A stretch of 64,000 nucleotides of DNA, taken from contig CM068762.1 of NCBI GenBank assembly GCA_035084275.1, positions 11,780,001 to 11,844,000 on the forward strand. The letters run 5' to 3'. This document shows, piece after piece, positions 50,691 to 62,600 of the stretch; the stretch's first letter is position 1; each line of letters starts with the position of its first letter. The notes beneath the pieces were generated by a model. The model did not search any database and was not told the origin of the DNA. It saw only the letters and a program-made list of their open reading frames with translations. Position numbers and translations under genes: made by a program. This stretch comes from Hydrolagus colliei (lineage: Eukaryota).

Positions 50691-51477
50691 ATTCACTTTA
50701 ATTTGACTGATTGACTGACACTTTACAAACACAATGTGTAAACTCAGCACATACCCAGCATATATTAAACTTCTTCAGCTTGGCTCAAGTACTTCAGCTT
50801 GGCTCAGTTTACACCACAGAAAGTTATGATTTCCTCATTTAAGAAGCTCTGTCGCATATAACACAAGTCAGACTCCATGAGAAGTCAGTTCTTTATTCTA
50901 TGACAGCCTGGAAACAAGTCCCAATGCAGGAATTAGAATCTGTCAGCAGTTCTTGAGCAAATCTGAATTGTGTTCTTTGCCTATAAGCAACTGAGATCAC
51001 ATCAAAGCCAAAGTCACCGGCGCATGTTCCAGCTACAAGCAACTCCTCCACTGTCACACAAGTCTCCAACACGGCAACTGTGGGTGAAAAGCTGAGGTAG
51101 GAATGGACTTGTAGTGGTTAGGACATCACAATCATAATTTCTGAGCATCGGTCTAGTGTGAGTGTTGGTGAGTGAGTGTGTGATTGTATGAGTGTTGATG
51201 AGTGTGTGGGTCACCATGTGTGTGTGTATCTGTTGTTACCAATCCATTACTGTGCAGCGCCTTGACACATCCTCCCAAAGTGAAAGATACTTTGCAAGTT
51301 TAACTTGTTGTTGTTCTTGCCTTGCCAGAGAATAGTGTTGCTGCAAATCTCAACACACAAATTTCACCCTGTATATTTCCCAATGGTTCCTCCAATATTC
51401 TCTTTTTAAAAAAGTCAAGATAATGTGAGCATCTCAACGCTCTTCTGCCCACATTGCCCACATTGCTTTGCAATTCT

Positions 51478-51715
51478 TCACTCAGAGGGTAGTGAATTTA
51501 TGGGATTCACTACCCCAGAAGGCTGTAGATGCTCAGTCCTTGAACATTTTCAAGGCTGAGACTGACAGATTTTTAAAATATAGAGGGATTAGGGGATATG
51601 GGGATAGGGCAGGTAATCAGAGTTAGGTCAGAAGATCAGCCATGATCTTATCAAATGGCGGGGCAGGCTCGAGGGGCTGAATGGCCTACTCCTGCTCCTA
51701 ATTCCTGTGTTCTTA
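51478..51715 (+). mobile_element. CR1-like LINE 3' end fragment
   Basis: Similar to the 3' ends of the other CR1 fragments (gatcagccatgatc..gaatggcctactcctgctcc). Confidence 0.65.
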
Positions 51716-53496
51716 AGCTTCAGACTTCATTCTCATCTCACAATCAATACTCTGAACCACTCTTGTGTGTGGCACTCCCAGTGCCCTTTGGTATATCCTG
51801 TTTTCTTCTGATTTTCTCTTTCCTAATTATCACTAACTTCTTACAGCAATAACCCACAAAAGGCATCCCTGAGCCCAACAGTAGGACATTCAGATGAGAT
51901 GAAAGCTGGTCCATAAACCCTAGTTATGCCGCGTTTCTCATGTCTAATTTGCATTTAGACTTTTCTCTAAAACTTCACATAAAACAAAAGTCTAATCCGC
52001 AGCCAAAGGCCAATGTCTGATAGTTTTTGCATTAATGTCACAGTCAGAATGTCGCAAAATAGTGGTGTTTGTCACAATGGAAACTGTCTCTTTTAAGACT
52101 TGACTGTCTTGTTCTGTGTTTTTGCCCAGTTACATCCTGTGGCGCTGGCTACGCTGGGTCCTGTTTGCTGCCCTGCTTATTTCTCTGGTTTTGGGCATTT
52201 ACTGTTCAAAGAAAAGGCACGGTGAGGATTATCTTCTTTTTATTAATGATTAACAATAATCCTTTCTTATTAATCCTTAACATAATACGTTTGATTCAGT
52301 TCAAGGAAGAGTTTGGTACTTTTCTGAGCAATTCAGAAACATCATTAAAGTGAAACCTATTTCTAAATTGATAAGTAAAATGCTCTTTGACTCACAGTCA
52401 CGTCAATATAATCTATGGATTAATTATTTTATTTTTCAGCTCAACCCGAGGAACGCAATAAGAGACTCACTGGGCGTCCAACCTGGAGACCGATGAATCC
52501 AGATCAGGTGGATTTGTGATGTTTATAGCTCAATATGGCATTGAAACATCTCAAAGTGCTTTACTTTTAGGTGTGAAACGCAGCAGCCATTATACACACA
52601 GCAATGTCCCACACACAGCCATCTGCTGGTAAGTAGCTGGAGAATCGTTGACCGGGTCACTGAGAGAAACTGCCTTCTCTTAATGAAAAGATCACCTTTC
52701 ACCTTTAACGTTCACCTCAATAGACAGATGGGACCTCAGCTTAATGTCATTATCCCAAAGCTAACGACAATTCTGAAAATGCAGCTCCCACAATGATAGT
52801 TGAGCTGGAGTCTCAGCCTAGATTATCAACTCAGGTCCTATAGTGAGGTTTGAGCTAATAACCTTCTGACCCACAGACAAGGAAATTGTTGATACTAGAT
52901 ATATATATATCTATATATATATATATATATCTGTATATATGGATTTCATTCCTGGCAGGGCCAAACCTTGGGTAATATGCCTTACTCCACAAGCCTGATA
53001 ATAAGCCCTGCAAGAAAAAATCCAATTATAAATTGGTCATTTCAATCCATGACTGTGTGAGGGTCACCGCTGTGTAGAATTGGACGTCCTCTCGACATGA
53101 AAGGTGCTATACAAATGTAATCTTGTTGTTTTTATTGCCTTGCTTCGCTTGCAAAAATCTAATACCATATATTCTGTGAAGCGCTTTGAGACGTCTAGAA
53201 TATGTGAAATGCCTTATATCAAATGCAAAGATTATTAATAACCAAAAACCAATGGTTCTTCCACTCAATCATTCCTGAAACCTTGAATGTCTTTTCTATG
53301 AATTTCGTACAATAAAAGATACAATGACACCAGAATGGTTGAAATCTATTTATTTGCACTTGTCTGGCCGGCTGCTCCCAAAGTAACAAATCTTACACTA
53401 TTCCCATAACTCACCATCTTTAGGTCAGTCTCTTCATCAAACGTTAAAGGTCACCTTTTTAGTTGATTGGCGGATCACTTTTCCAAGGTTAATAAT

Positions 53497-54148
53497 TGTT
53501 ATATTTTATATTTTATATTATCATTGCTTTTGCTACTGCGTACGTGTGTAACTTAGAGTGTTCAGCAAATTGGTAAAGTGCACAATAAGGAGAAGCCAGA
53601 TAGACGTTGTGGAAACCACAGACTCCTGATGGTTCAAAATAGAACCAGGGACGAGTGGAGAGGTGTTGTGTCTTGTGTAACATGTGTTTACAGAAGTTGT
53701 GACCTTGTTGTCACGAGATAAGTGTATTGTGTACTGGGCAGACAAGGAACAGACCTCGGATAGAGGAACGATGAGTGCGTGGGGCAGGAAGATACCCAGA
53801 CAACACAATCATCGGAAAGGGGGGCCATTCCGAGAAACCAGGGCAAGGTGCAGGAAAGGATGGCGAGACATGTGACACCCACGAGATGTGCACGAGGAGC
53901 CCACGATAACATCATGTGTATGACTCTCGGACTGTGGACTACAAACAAGTGACTGTGTTAGTAAGAGGGGGCTTCCTTTTCTTCAAGAGAGAGAGAGAGA
54001 CCAGATCGGTGCTGATCCAGCAGAAGTACCCCTCTGGTAGTATTGTTTTATTTGAAGCGCTGTATTATGGTGTTACTCAGGTAATGATTGATTATGCTTT
54101 GTTAAATAGAATTGCTTTATAAATAACGGATGAAGCCGTATTCTTACA
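53497..54148. mobile_element. Solo LTR (652 bp) with 4-bp target-site duplication
   Basis: TGT...ACA termini flanked by TAAT at 53493-53496 and 54149-54152. The paralogous block at about 59050-59070 shows the empty site. Confidence 0.8.
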
Positions 54149-54611
54149 TAATCCTTTCAAAGGTCTCTGTACATTATTGGCGTTGTGAATGGCGCTGTAT
54201 AAGAGCAATTTTGTTGTTGTTCGTGATAAAACAAGGCCATCAATACAAGCAAGCAAACAAACAAACAAAAGTATATTTCTAGAGCGCCAGGAACTGAAAG
54301 AGTTTGTGGCTGTCAGTGTGACAGCTTCACAGAATTCACAGTAACGTGAAGTCATTGCCCATGTGTGGGCAAAACACAGCAGCCTATTGTACACAGCCGT
54401 GTCCCACAAACAGTCATGGATTGAAGTGACCGATTAATTGTTATTTTTTGTGAGTGATTATTATTGCTCGTGTGGAAGTAAGGAAATTTACCCAACGTTT
54501 CGCCCTGACCTGCCGGGAATTGAATCCAGGTCTCTCACTTACAAGGAGAGTGCTCTAACCGCTGAGCCACAGGACCGAATATATATAAAAAGAACGGATG
54601 CTTTGGTGAGT

Positions 54612-54632
54612 TTGACTTCCTCTTCCTTTTAA
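54612..54632 (+). promoter_or_regulatory. Tandem ETS/PU.1-type motifs upstream of R7
   Basis: gacttcctcttcctttt (AAAAGGAAGAGGAAGTC, which contains the PU box GAGGAA). Confidence 0.5.
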
Positions 54633-54703
54633 CCCCTAAACTGCCTTTCCAGTAAGAAGCGCTGAGAGCTGCCACACAACAGACCTTGTTCCCTTCGCTC
54701 CTG

Positions 54704-57700
54704 ATGGACTTCACCTTGATTCTTCTCTTCTCTTCCCTCTCAGGTCAGTCACACCCGGAGCTGAGCAGCCAGATGTTCCCATGGTTGGACTGGTTGGCAT
54801 TTTGAAAGCGGTTGTTAAAAATTGAATTATTTCTCTCTCTCTGCGTCTCAAAATTTCTCAATAATTTCAGAATAGTAACTGGAATCTCAGTAAAGGAAAA
54901 TAATGTTAACTTTCCCCTTACTTATTGCCTTACTCTGATTATTAGCCTGAAGTCTGCATCTTGTGAATGTTTCAAGCCTTGTCTGTTTCCCTCTCGACAA
55001 AATACAACTTAGAAGTTGCTTTGCCGGGTTTGGTCAGAACGCTGTTGGTGTCACTGAACATTCTCAGGACGAACAGCCTGAACAGTTTGAGATCAGTCCC
55101 AAATCGAATAAAAAATTAACGTACAAAACTGAATAAAACCAACAAAAAAAAATCAATATAAAACCAACCTGTTTTTTGGGGAGTTGAGGGACAGATCAGT
55201 CATGATCTAATAGAATGGCAGAACAGGCTTCGGAGGCTGAATTACCTCCTCCTGTCCCACAGGAAGAAATGAACAAATTTGTTGTTGGTTTAAACTCCTT
55301 CTAGAAATTCCCAGATTTTCTCCATGACTATTGTAATAATATTGTATTATTCTATTGATGCAGTTATGGTTTGTGTGATTGGTGATGTTCTGTCTGTAGT
55401 TTCAGGAGCATTAATAGCAAAAGCTGCTGTAACAGGAGTTGTGGGTCGAGCGGTCAAGATAGACTGTCACTATGATAAATATTATCAGTTATATTTCAAA
55501 TATTGGTGTCGGGGACGGTATCGCTCCAGTTGTGAGTTACTTATTCAGACAAATGACAACAATGGACGACGAGGAAGATTCTCAATCACAGATAACACCA
55601 GAGATGGGGTATTTACTGTGACTATGAAGGGTCTCACCACTGGAGATGACAGATGGTATTATTGTGGTATTGAAAAGAATGGCTATGATTCAATGTTTGC
55701 TGTAAGACTACACATATCCTACGGTAAGCTATCTGAGCTATTGGTTCTTATTTTAATGTGTAAAACTGTTACTTGTAAGTCTAACATGGAAAATACAACG
55801 TTTGCAAAAAAGCTGCACATATCTGTCCGTACCTTAAACCATTCACTTTAATTTGACTGATTGACTGACACGTTACAAACACAATGTGTAACTCAGCACA
55901 TACCCAGCTCATCAGTACTTCAGCTTGGCTCAGTTTACACCACAGAAAGTTATGATTTCCTACCTTAAGAAGCTCTGTCACATATAACACAAGTCAGACT
56001 CCATGAGAAGTCAGTTGTTTATTCTATGACAGCCTGTAAACAGTCCCAATGCAGGAATTAGAATCTGTCAGCCAGTGACTGATTGTCTCTTTCCCCACAG
56101 AGCCTGTGTCGGTTCCTCAGCTTAGATTCTTATCAGCTCCCAATGCCTCGTGTTCAGGAGGTGATGTCTCCATCTCCTGTAAGTCCATCAGTGGATCCCT
56201 TCCCATTCAGTATCAATGGTACAGAGAGACACAGTCTGGAGCTTCAGTGATCTCTCACAGCAACAAACTAGACATACAATGTGGCTCCATCTCCCAGTCT
56301 CACCAGTGCTACTGCACAGCCTCAAATAACAAAGGAGCACGACGAAGTGAAATGGTTGAAGTCTCAGGTTTACAGTTCCTGAAGGAGACGTGCCGTTACC
56401 TGGTTAGAATCAACAACGTTGGTGAGTACAGTGTTGAACAGAGGATTCAGGAGAAACAAATAATCCATTCAGATGGATTCCCGGTACTAAATGGATGACC
56501 ACTAACCAGTCCATGACAGGGAGGATGTCACAAGGCACTGGATAGATTCAACCAAGCTGAGTGTTGGGATATAGAGGTTGGAGGGGAGGGAGTGAAAATG
56601 GTAGGAGAGGGACCAAAGGCTTGATCGAAGAGAAGGGCCTTGAGGCATCTCTTGATAATTTGGGAGTGAGGCGAAGGGACTGTGGGATAGAGTTCCAAAG
56701 GGTGAGGGTGGGGAGGCGATCATAAGGCAGCAAATGAACAATTTACATGTTGAGTGCGTCAGTACTAATGTCCCTTGCTGACCAGCCCAGTGACAATCAC
56801 AGAGAAAGTGTTGTCTGTTATTTCAAGCCTGAGGTGCAGGTTGGTGCCAGGGTTCTCCTCTGAGCAGCTGTTGAGCAAATCTGAATTGTGTTCTTTCACT
56901 TCAAAGGAAATGAATATTCCTGTCCCAAGATCACAACCGCGCGAATGTCAACTGCACACGCTCCAGCGACAAGCATCTCCTCCACTGTCACACAAGCCTC
57001 CACTGACACACAAGCCTCCACTGACACACAAGCCTCCACTGACACACAAGCCTCCACTGACACACAAGCCTCTAACATGGCAGCTGCAGGTGAAAAGCTC
57101 AGGTAGGAATGGACAGGTAATCGGTAGCAAATCACAGTTACAATTTGTGACCATCCGTCTGGTGTGTGTGTGTGCATGAGTCTGTGTATGTGTGATTGTA
57201 TGAGTGTGTGTGCATGAATGTGTGTGTGTGTGCATGAGTGTTTGTGTATGTATGACTGTATAAGTCTCTTTCCTAATTATTCCTCATTATCGTTAACTTA
57301 TTATAGCAATATCCCACAGAAGATATCCCTGAGCCCAACAGTAGGTCATTCAGATCAGATGAAAGCTGGTCCATAGACCCTGGTTTCTCTTCTCTAAGTT
57401 GCATTTAGACTTTTCTCTGAAGCTTTTCTCTAAAAATGGAGAGTGGGATTGAATTGCTTTTTTCAAATAGCCTGCACAGACTGGATGGGCCAAATGGCCT
57501 CCTTTTGTGCCATAAGAGTCTACTATTCTATGATTCTATTAGACAAACGTCTAATCCACAGGCAAAGGCCAATGTCTGATAGTTTTTGCATTAATGCCAC
57601 AGTCAGAAAGTGGGAAAATTGTGGTGTTTGTCACAATGGAAACTGTCTCTTTTAAGACTTGACTGTTTTGTTCTATGGTTTTGCCCAGTTACATCCTGTG

Positions 57701-58045
57701 GAGCTGGCTACGCTGGGTCCTGTTTGCTGCCCTGCTTATTTCTCTGGTTTTGGGCATTTACTGTTCAAAGAAAAGGCACGGTGAGGATTATCTTCTTTTT
57801 ATTAATGATTAACAATAATCCTTTCTTATTAATCCTTAACATAATAAGTTTCATTCAGTTCAAGGAGGAGTTTGGTACTTTTCTCAGCAATTCAGAAACA
57901 TCATTAAAGTGAAACCTATTTCTAAATTGATAAGTAAAATGCTCTTTGACTCACAGTCACGTCAATATAATCTATGGATTAATTATTTGCTTTTTCAGCT
58001 CAACCCGAGGAACGCAATAAGAGACTCACTGGGCATCCAACCTAG
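54704..58045 (+). CDS. R7: V-C2 activating-type receptor, about 339 aa
   Basis: Exons: leader 54704-54743, V 55400-55723, C2 56101-56421, stalk 56907-57102 (STDTQA repeats), TM 57689-57780 (YILWSWLRWVLFAALLISLVLGIYCSKKRH), tail 57999-58045. The 1020 nt join in frame. Confidence 0.86.
55400..55723 (+). CDS. R7 Ig V exon
   Basis: Inside ORF 55324-55851; canonical splice sites. Confidence 0.92.
56101..56421 (+). CDS. R7 C2-type Ig exon
   Basis: ORF 56106-56498; canonical splice sites. Confidence 0.9.
56981..57070 (+). repeat. Coding 18-bp tandem repeat, 5 units (STVTQA then STDTQA x4)
   Basis: Unit tccactgacacacaagcc within the R7 stalk exon. Confidence 0.95.
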
Positions 58046-58454
58046 AGGCCGATGAATCCAGATCAGGTGGATTTGTGATGTTTATAGCTCAATATGGCAT
58101 TGAAACATCTCAAAGTGCTTTACTTTTAGGTGTGAAACGCAGCAGCCATTATACACACAGCAATGTCCCACACACAGCCATCTGCTGGTGAATAGCTGGA
58201 GAATCGTTGACCGGGTCACTGAGAGAAACTGCCTTCTCTTAATGAAAAGATCACCTTTCACCTTTAACGTTCACCTCAATAGACAGATGGGACCTCAGCT
58301 TAATGTCATTATCCCAAAGCTAACGACAATTCTGAAAATGCAGCTCCCACAATGATAGTTGTGCTGGAGTCTCAGCCTAGATTATCAACTCAGGTCCTAT
58401 AGTGAGGTTTGAGCTAATAACCTTCTGACCCACAGACAAGGAAGTTGTTGATAC

Positions 58455-58485
<31 letters not shown>

Positions 58486-59626
58486 CTGTATACATGGATT
58501 TCATTCCTGGCAGGGCCAAACCTTGGGTAATATGCCTTACTCCACAAGCCTGATAATAAGCCCTACAAGAAAAAACCCAATTATAAATTGGTCATTTCAA
58601 TCCATGACTGTGTGAGGGACACCGCTGTGTAGAATTGGACGTCCTCTCGACATGAAAGGTGCTGTACAAATGTAATCTTGTTGTTGTTGTGTTGTTGTTA
58701 TTGCCTTGCTTCGCTTGCAAAAATCTAATACCATATATTCTGTGAAGCGCTTTGAGACGTCTAGAATATGTGAAATGCCTTATATCAAATGCAAAGATTA
58801 TTATTAACCAAAAACCAATGGTTCTTCCACTCAATCATTCCTGAAACCTTGAATGTCTTTTCTATGAATTTCATACAATAAAAAGATACAATGACACCAG
58901 AATAGTTAAAATCTATTTATTTACACTTGTCTGTCCGGCTGCTCCCAAAGTAACAAATTTTACACTATTCCCATAACTCACCATCTTTAGGTCAGTCTCT
59001 TCATCAAACGTTAAAGGTCACCTTTTTAGTTGATTGGCGGATCGCTTTTCCAAGGGTAATAATCCTCTCAAATGTCTCTGTACATTATTGGCGTTGTGAA
59101 TGGCGCTGTATAAGTGCAATTTTGTTGTTGTTCGTGATAAAACAACGTCATCAATACAAGCAAACAAACAAACAAACAAACAAACACAAGTATATTTCTA
59201 GAGCGCCAGGAACTCAAAGAGTTTGTGGCTGTCAGTGTGACAGCCACAAACGCAGTATTCACAGTAACGTGAAGTCATTGTACATGTGTCGGCAAAACAC
59301 AGCAGCCTATTGTGCACAGCAGTGTCCCACAAACAGTCATGGATTGAAGTGACCGATTAATTGTTATTTTTTGTGAGTGATTATTATTGCTCGTGTGGAA
59401 GTAAGGAAATTTACCCAACGTTTCGCCCTGACCTACCGGGAATTGAAACCAGGTCTCTCACTTACAAGGAGAGCGCTCTAACCACTGAGCCACAGGGCTG
59501 AACGTATATACTGTAAAAGGAACGGATGCTTTGGTGAGTTTGACTTCCTCTTCCTTTTAACATAAGCCTTTTCAGCAAGAAGCGCTGAGAGCTGCCACAC
59601 AACAGACCTTGTTCCCTTCGCTCCTG

Positions 59627-62600
59627 ATGGACTTCACCTTGATTCTTCTCATTTCTTCCCTCTCAGGTCAGTCACACCCGGAGCTGAGCAGCCAGATGTT
59701 CCCATGGTTGGACTGGTTGCCATTTTGAAAGCTGTTGGTTTGTTTTCTCTCACATTGTCTGTCTCTCTCTCTCTCTCTCTCTCTACCTCTCAAAATTTCT
59801 CAACAATTTCAGAACAGTATTGGAATCTCTGAAAAGATTTTTTAAAAACAATTTCATGACTTCCCCTAACTCATTGCCACACTCTGATTACCAGTCTGGA
59901 GTCTACATCTTGTGAATGTTTCAAGCCTCCTGTCTCTCTCTCTCTCTCAACAAAATACAACTTAGAAGTTGCTTTGTTAGGTTTGGTCTGAACGCTGTTG
60001 CTGTCACTAAACATTCTCCGGATTGGACCCCCAATCACAATACACCAGCCGTTCAACTGTGTGGATGAGAGCAGTGGTGCTCACAGTCTGTACACAGTTG
60101 GGAATCGTTTACTAAACGAAGGGTTTGTATTGAGCAGTTATGGTTTGTTTGATTGGTGATGTTTTGTCTCTAGTTTCGGACGCATTATGGGCGAAAGCTG
60201 CTGTGACAGGAGTTGTGGGCCGAGCGGTCACAATAGACTGTCACTATGAGAAACAGTGGTACCGGTCACACGGGAAATATTGGTGTTGGGGATGGTATCG
60301 CTCCAGTTGTAAGGTTGTAGTTAATACAAACGACAACAATGGACAACGAGGAAGATTCTCAATCGCAGATAACACCAGTGCCGGGGTATTTACTGTGACT
60401 ATGGAGGATCTCACCACTGGAGATGCAGGATGGTATAACTGTGGTGTTTATTCACTTGTTAAAGGCCCAATGTTTGCTGTAAAACTACAGATATCCTACG
60501 GTAAGCAATCTGAGCTGTTCACTCTAATTTAAAAGTGTAAAACTGTTCCATGTTAGTCAAACAAATAAAATACAAAACCAGAATTCCTGGGAAAATCAGT
60601 AGGTCAGGCAGCAGCCATGGAGGAAAGAAAGTGAGTCAACGTTTCGGGTCCATGACCCTTTGACAGAACTTTGACAGAAGGAAAATTCAATGTTTGCAAA
60701 TACTGTACATTACACATATCTGACCGTACTTTAAACCGTTGACTTTAATTTGACTTATTGACTGACACGTTACAAACACAATGTGTAACTCAGCACATAC
60801 CCAGCTCATCAGTACTTCAGCTTGGCTCAGTTTACACCTCAGAAAGTTATGATTTCCTACCTTAAGAAGCTCTGTCAATACACAAGTCAGACTCCATGAG
60901 AAGTCAGTTGTTTATTCTATGACAGCCTGTAAACAGTCCCAATGCAGGAATTAGAATCTGTCAGCCAGTGACTGATTGTCTCTTTCCCCACAGAACCTGT
61001 GTCGGTTCCTCAGCTTAGATTCTTATCAGCTCCCAATGCCTCGTGTTCAGGGGTTGATGTCTCCATCTCCTGTAAGTCCATCAGTGGATCCCTTCCCATT
61101 CAGTATCAATGGTACAGAGAGACACATTCTGGAGCTTCAGTGATCTCTCACAGCAACAAACTAGACATACAATGTGGCTCCATCTCCCCGTCTCACCAGT
61201 GCTACTGCACAGCCTCAAATAACAAAGGAACACAACAAAGTGAAATGGTTGAAGTCTCAGGTTTACAGTTCCTGAATGAGACATGCCGTTACCTGGTTAG
61301 AATCAACAGCATTGGTGAGTACAGTGTTGAACAGAGGATTCAGGAGAAACAAATAATGTCCATTCAGACTGGATTCTCGGGTGAGTTAATTCAATCAATA
61401 GAGAAATTATCCACACTGCACAAACCCATTGTGTTGTGTCCCTTGTACTAAATGGGTGACCACTAACCAGTCCATGACTGTGAGGGAGGGAGGTAGCGCG
61501 GGCGGGTGGGCAGGGAGAAAAAGGAATAGAAGAGAGGATTTCCTAAGGCACTGCACAGAAACCTGCACAGGCACTGCACAGAAATCTGTTAGTGAATTTC
61601 ACCTGAGCTGGGGGCTGGGCCAAGGCAGGGTGGAGGGCAAGGAGATAAGAGGTTAGGAGGATGACACTAGACCCGATTGAAGAGGAACGTCTTGAGACAT
61701 GCCTTGAAAGAGGCCAACAACAACAAAACAACAACAATTTAAACTTATAAAGCGCCTTTCACGTCGGGAGGACGTCCCAAGGCGCTGCACAGGAGGCGTG
61801 TGACCCGAGCTGGGAGGGGAGAGTTCGGGAAGTGGTGAAACACGAAGGGGAGGTCAAAAAGTTCGGTGGGGAACAAAAGGCACGATCGAAGAGGAAAGTC
61901 TTCAAACCGGCCTTGAAAGAGGAAAGGGAAGAAACGAGATGGAGGGATTGGGGGATGGAATTCCACTGGGTGGGAGCGGAGAAACTGAAGGCCCGGCCTC
62001 CGATGGTGGGGCGGTTCGGGCGGGGGGCTTGGAGCAGGCCAAGTCCAGATGAACAGAGGATCCGGGTGGGCTTATAGGGGGAGAGTAAATCGGTTAAATA
62101 GGGCGGAGCAAGGCCATGTAAGGCCTTGAAGGTGAGGACGAGGTTCTTGAACTCGATCCTCTGGAGGATGGGGAGCCAATGGAGACGGGCGAGGGTGGGG
62201 GTTATGTGGTCGCGGAGGCGGGTGCGGGATAGTACACGGGCTGCAGAGTTTTGGCCAGGGTTGGAGCGAGGCAAACAGACTGTAGGATGGAGTTCCAATG
62301 GGTGAAGATAGGGTAGAGATGGTGGCATGGTAAATTAACAGTATAAATGGTGAGTGCGTCAACACTAATGTCCCCCCGCTGACCAGCCCAGTGACAATCA
62401 CAGAGAAAGTGTTGTCTGTTATTTCAAGCCTGAGGTGCAGGTTGGTGCCAGGGTTCTCCTCTGAGCAGCTGTTGAGCAAATCTGAATTGTGTTCTTTCCC
62501 TTCAAAGGAAATGAATATTTCTGTCCCAAGATCACAACCGCGCCAATGTCAACTGCACACGTTCCAGCGACAACCATCTCCTCCACTGTCACACAAACCT

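Larger units (their letters stand above)
48445..52519 (+). pseudogene. R6: single-V activating-type receptor pseudogene
   Basis: The leader 48445-48479 has a 5-nt deletion (frameshift). V 49687-50013 has in-frame TAA (49779-81) and TGA (49806-08). Stalk 50988-51096, Arg-TM 52130-52221 and tail 52440-52519 are still open. Confidence 0.88.
51830..54800 (+). repeat. Segmental direct duplication (activating TM, tail, 3'UTR, promoter and leader of the next gene); partner about 57270-59740; the TM/tail/3'UTR part is inverted at about 20780-22130
   Basis: Long near-identical colinear sequence; the main difference is the solo LTR. Confidence 0.9.

Noticed and set aside
52069-52353. Cys-rich ORFs MSQWKLSLLRLDC.. 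(21702, 52069, 57610) and VGVHCAGIAG../QQQPQQSQH ORFs
   Set aside because: They are alternative or antisense frames of the TM exons; splice phases select the hydrophobic frame.
56981-57070. Regular direct repeats as a CRISPR-like array
   Set aside because: There are no spacers, the context is eukaryotic, and it is a coding VNTR.
61759-62328. Long ORFs in G/C-rich regions (e.g. 33940-34449, 36573-37070, 61759-62328) as host genes
   Set aside because: They are L2 LINE reverse-transcriptase C-terminal remnants or their antisense frames.
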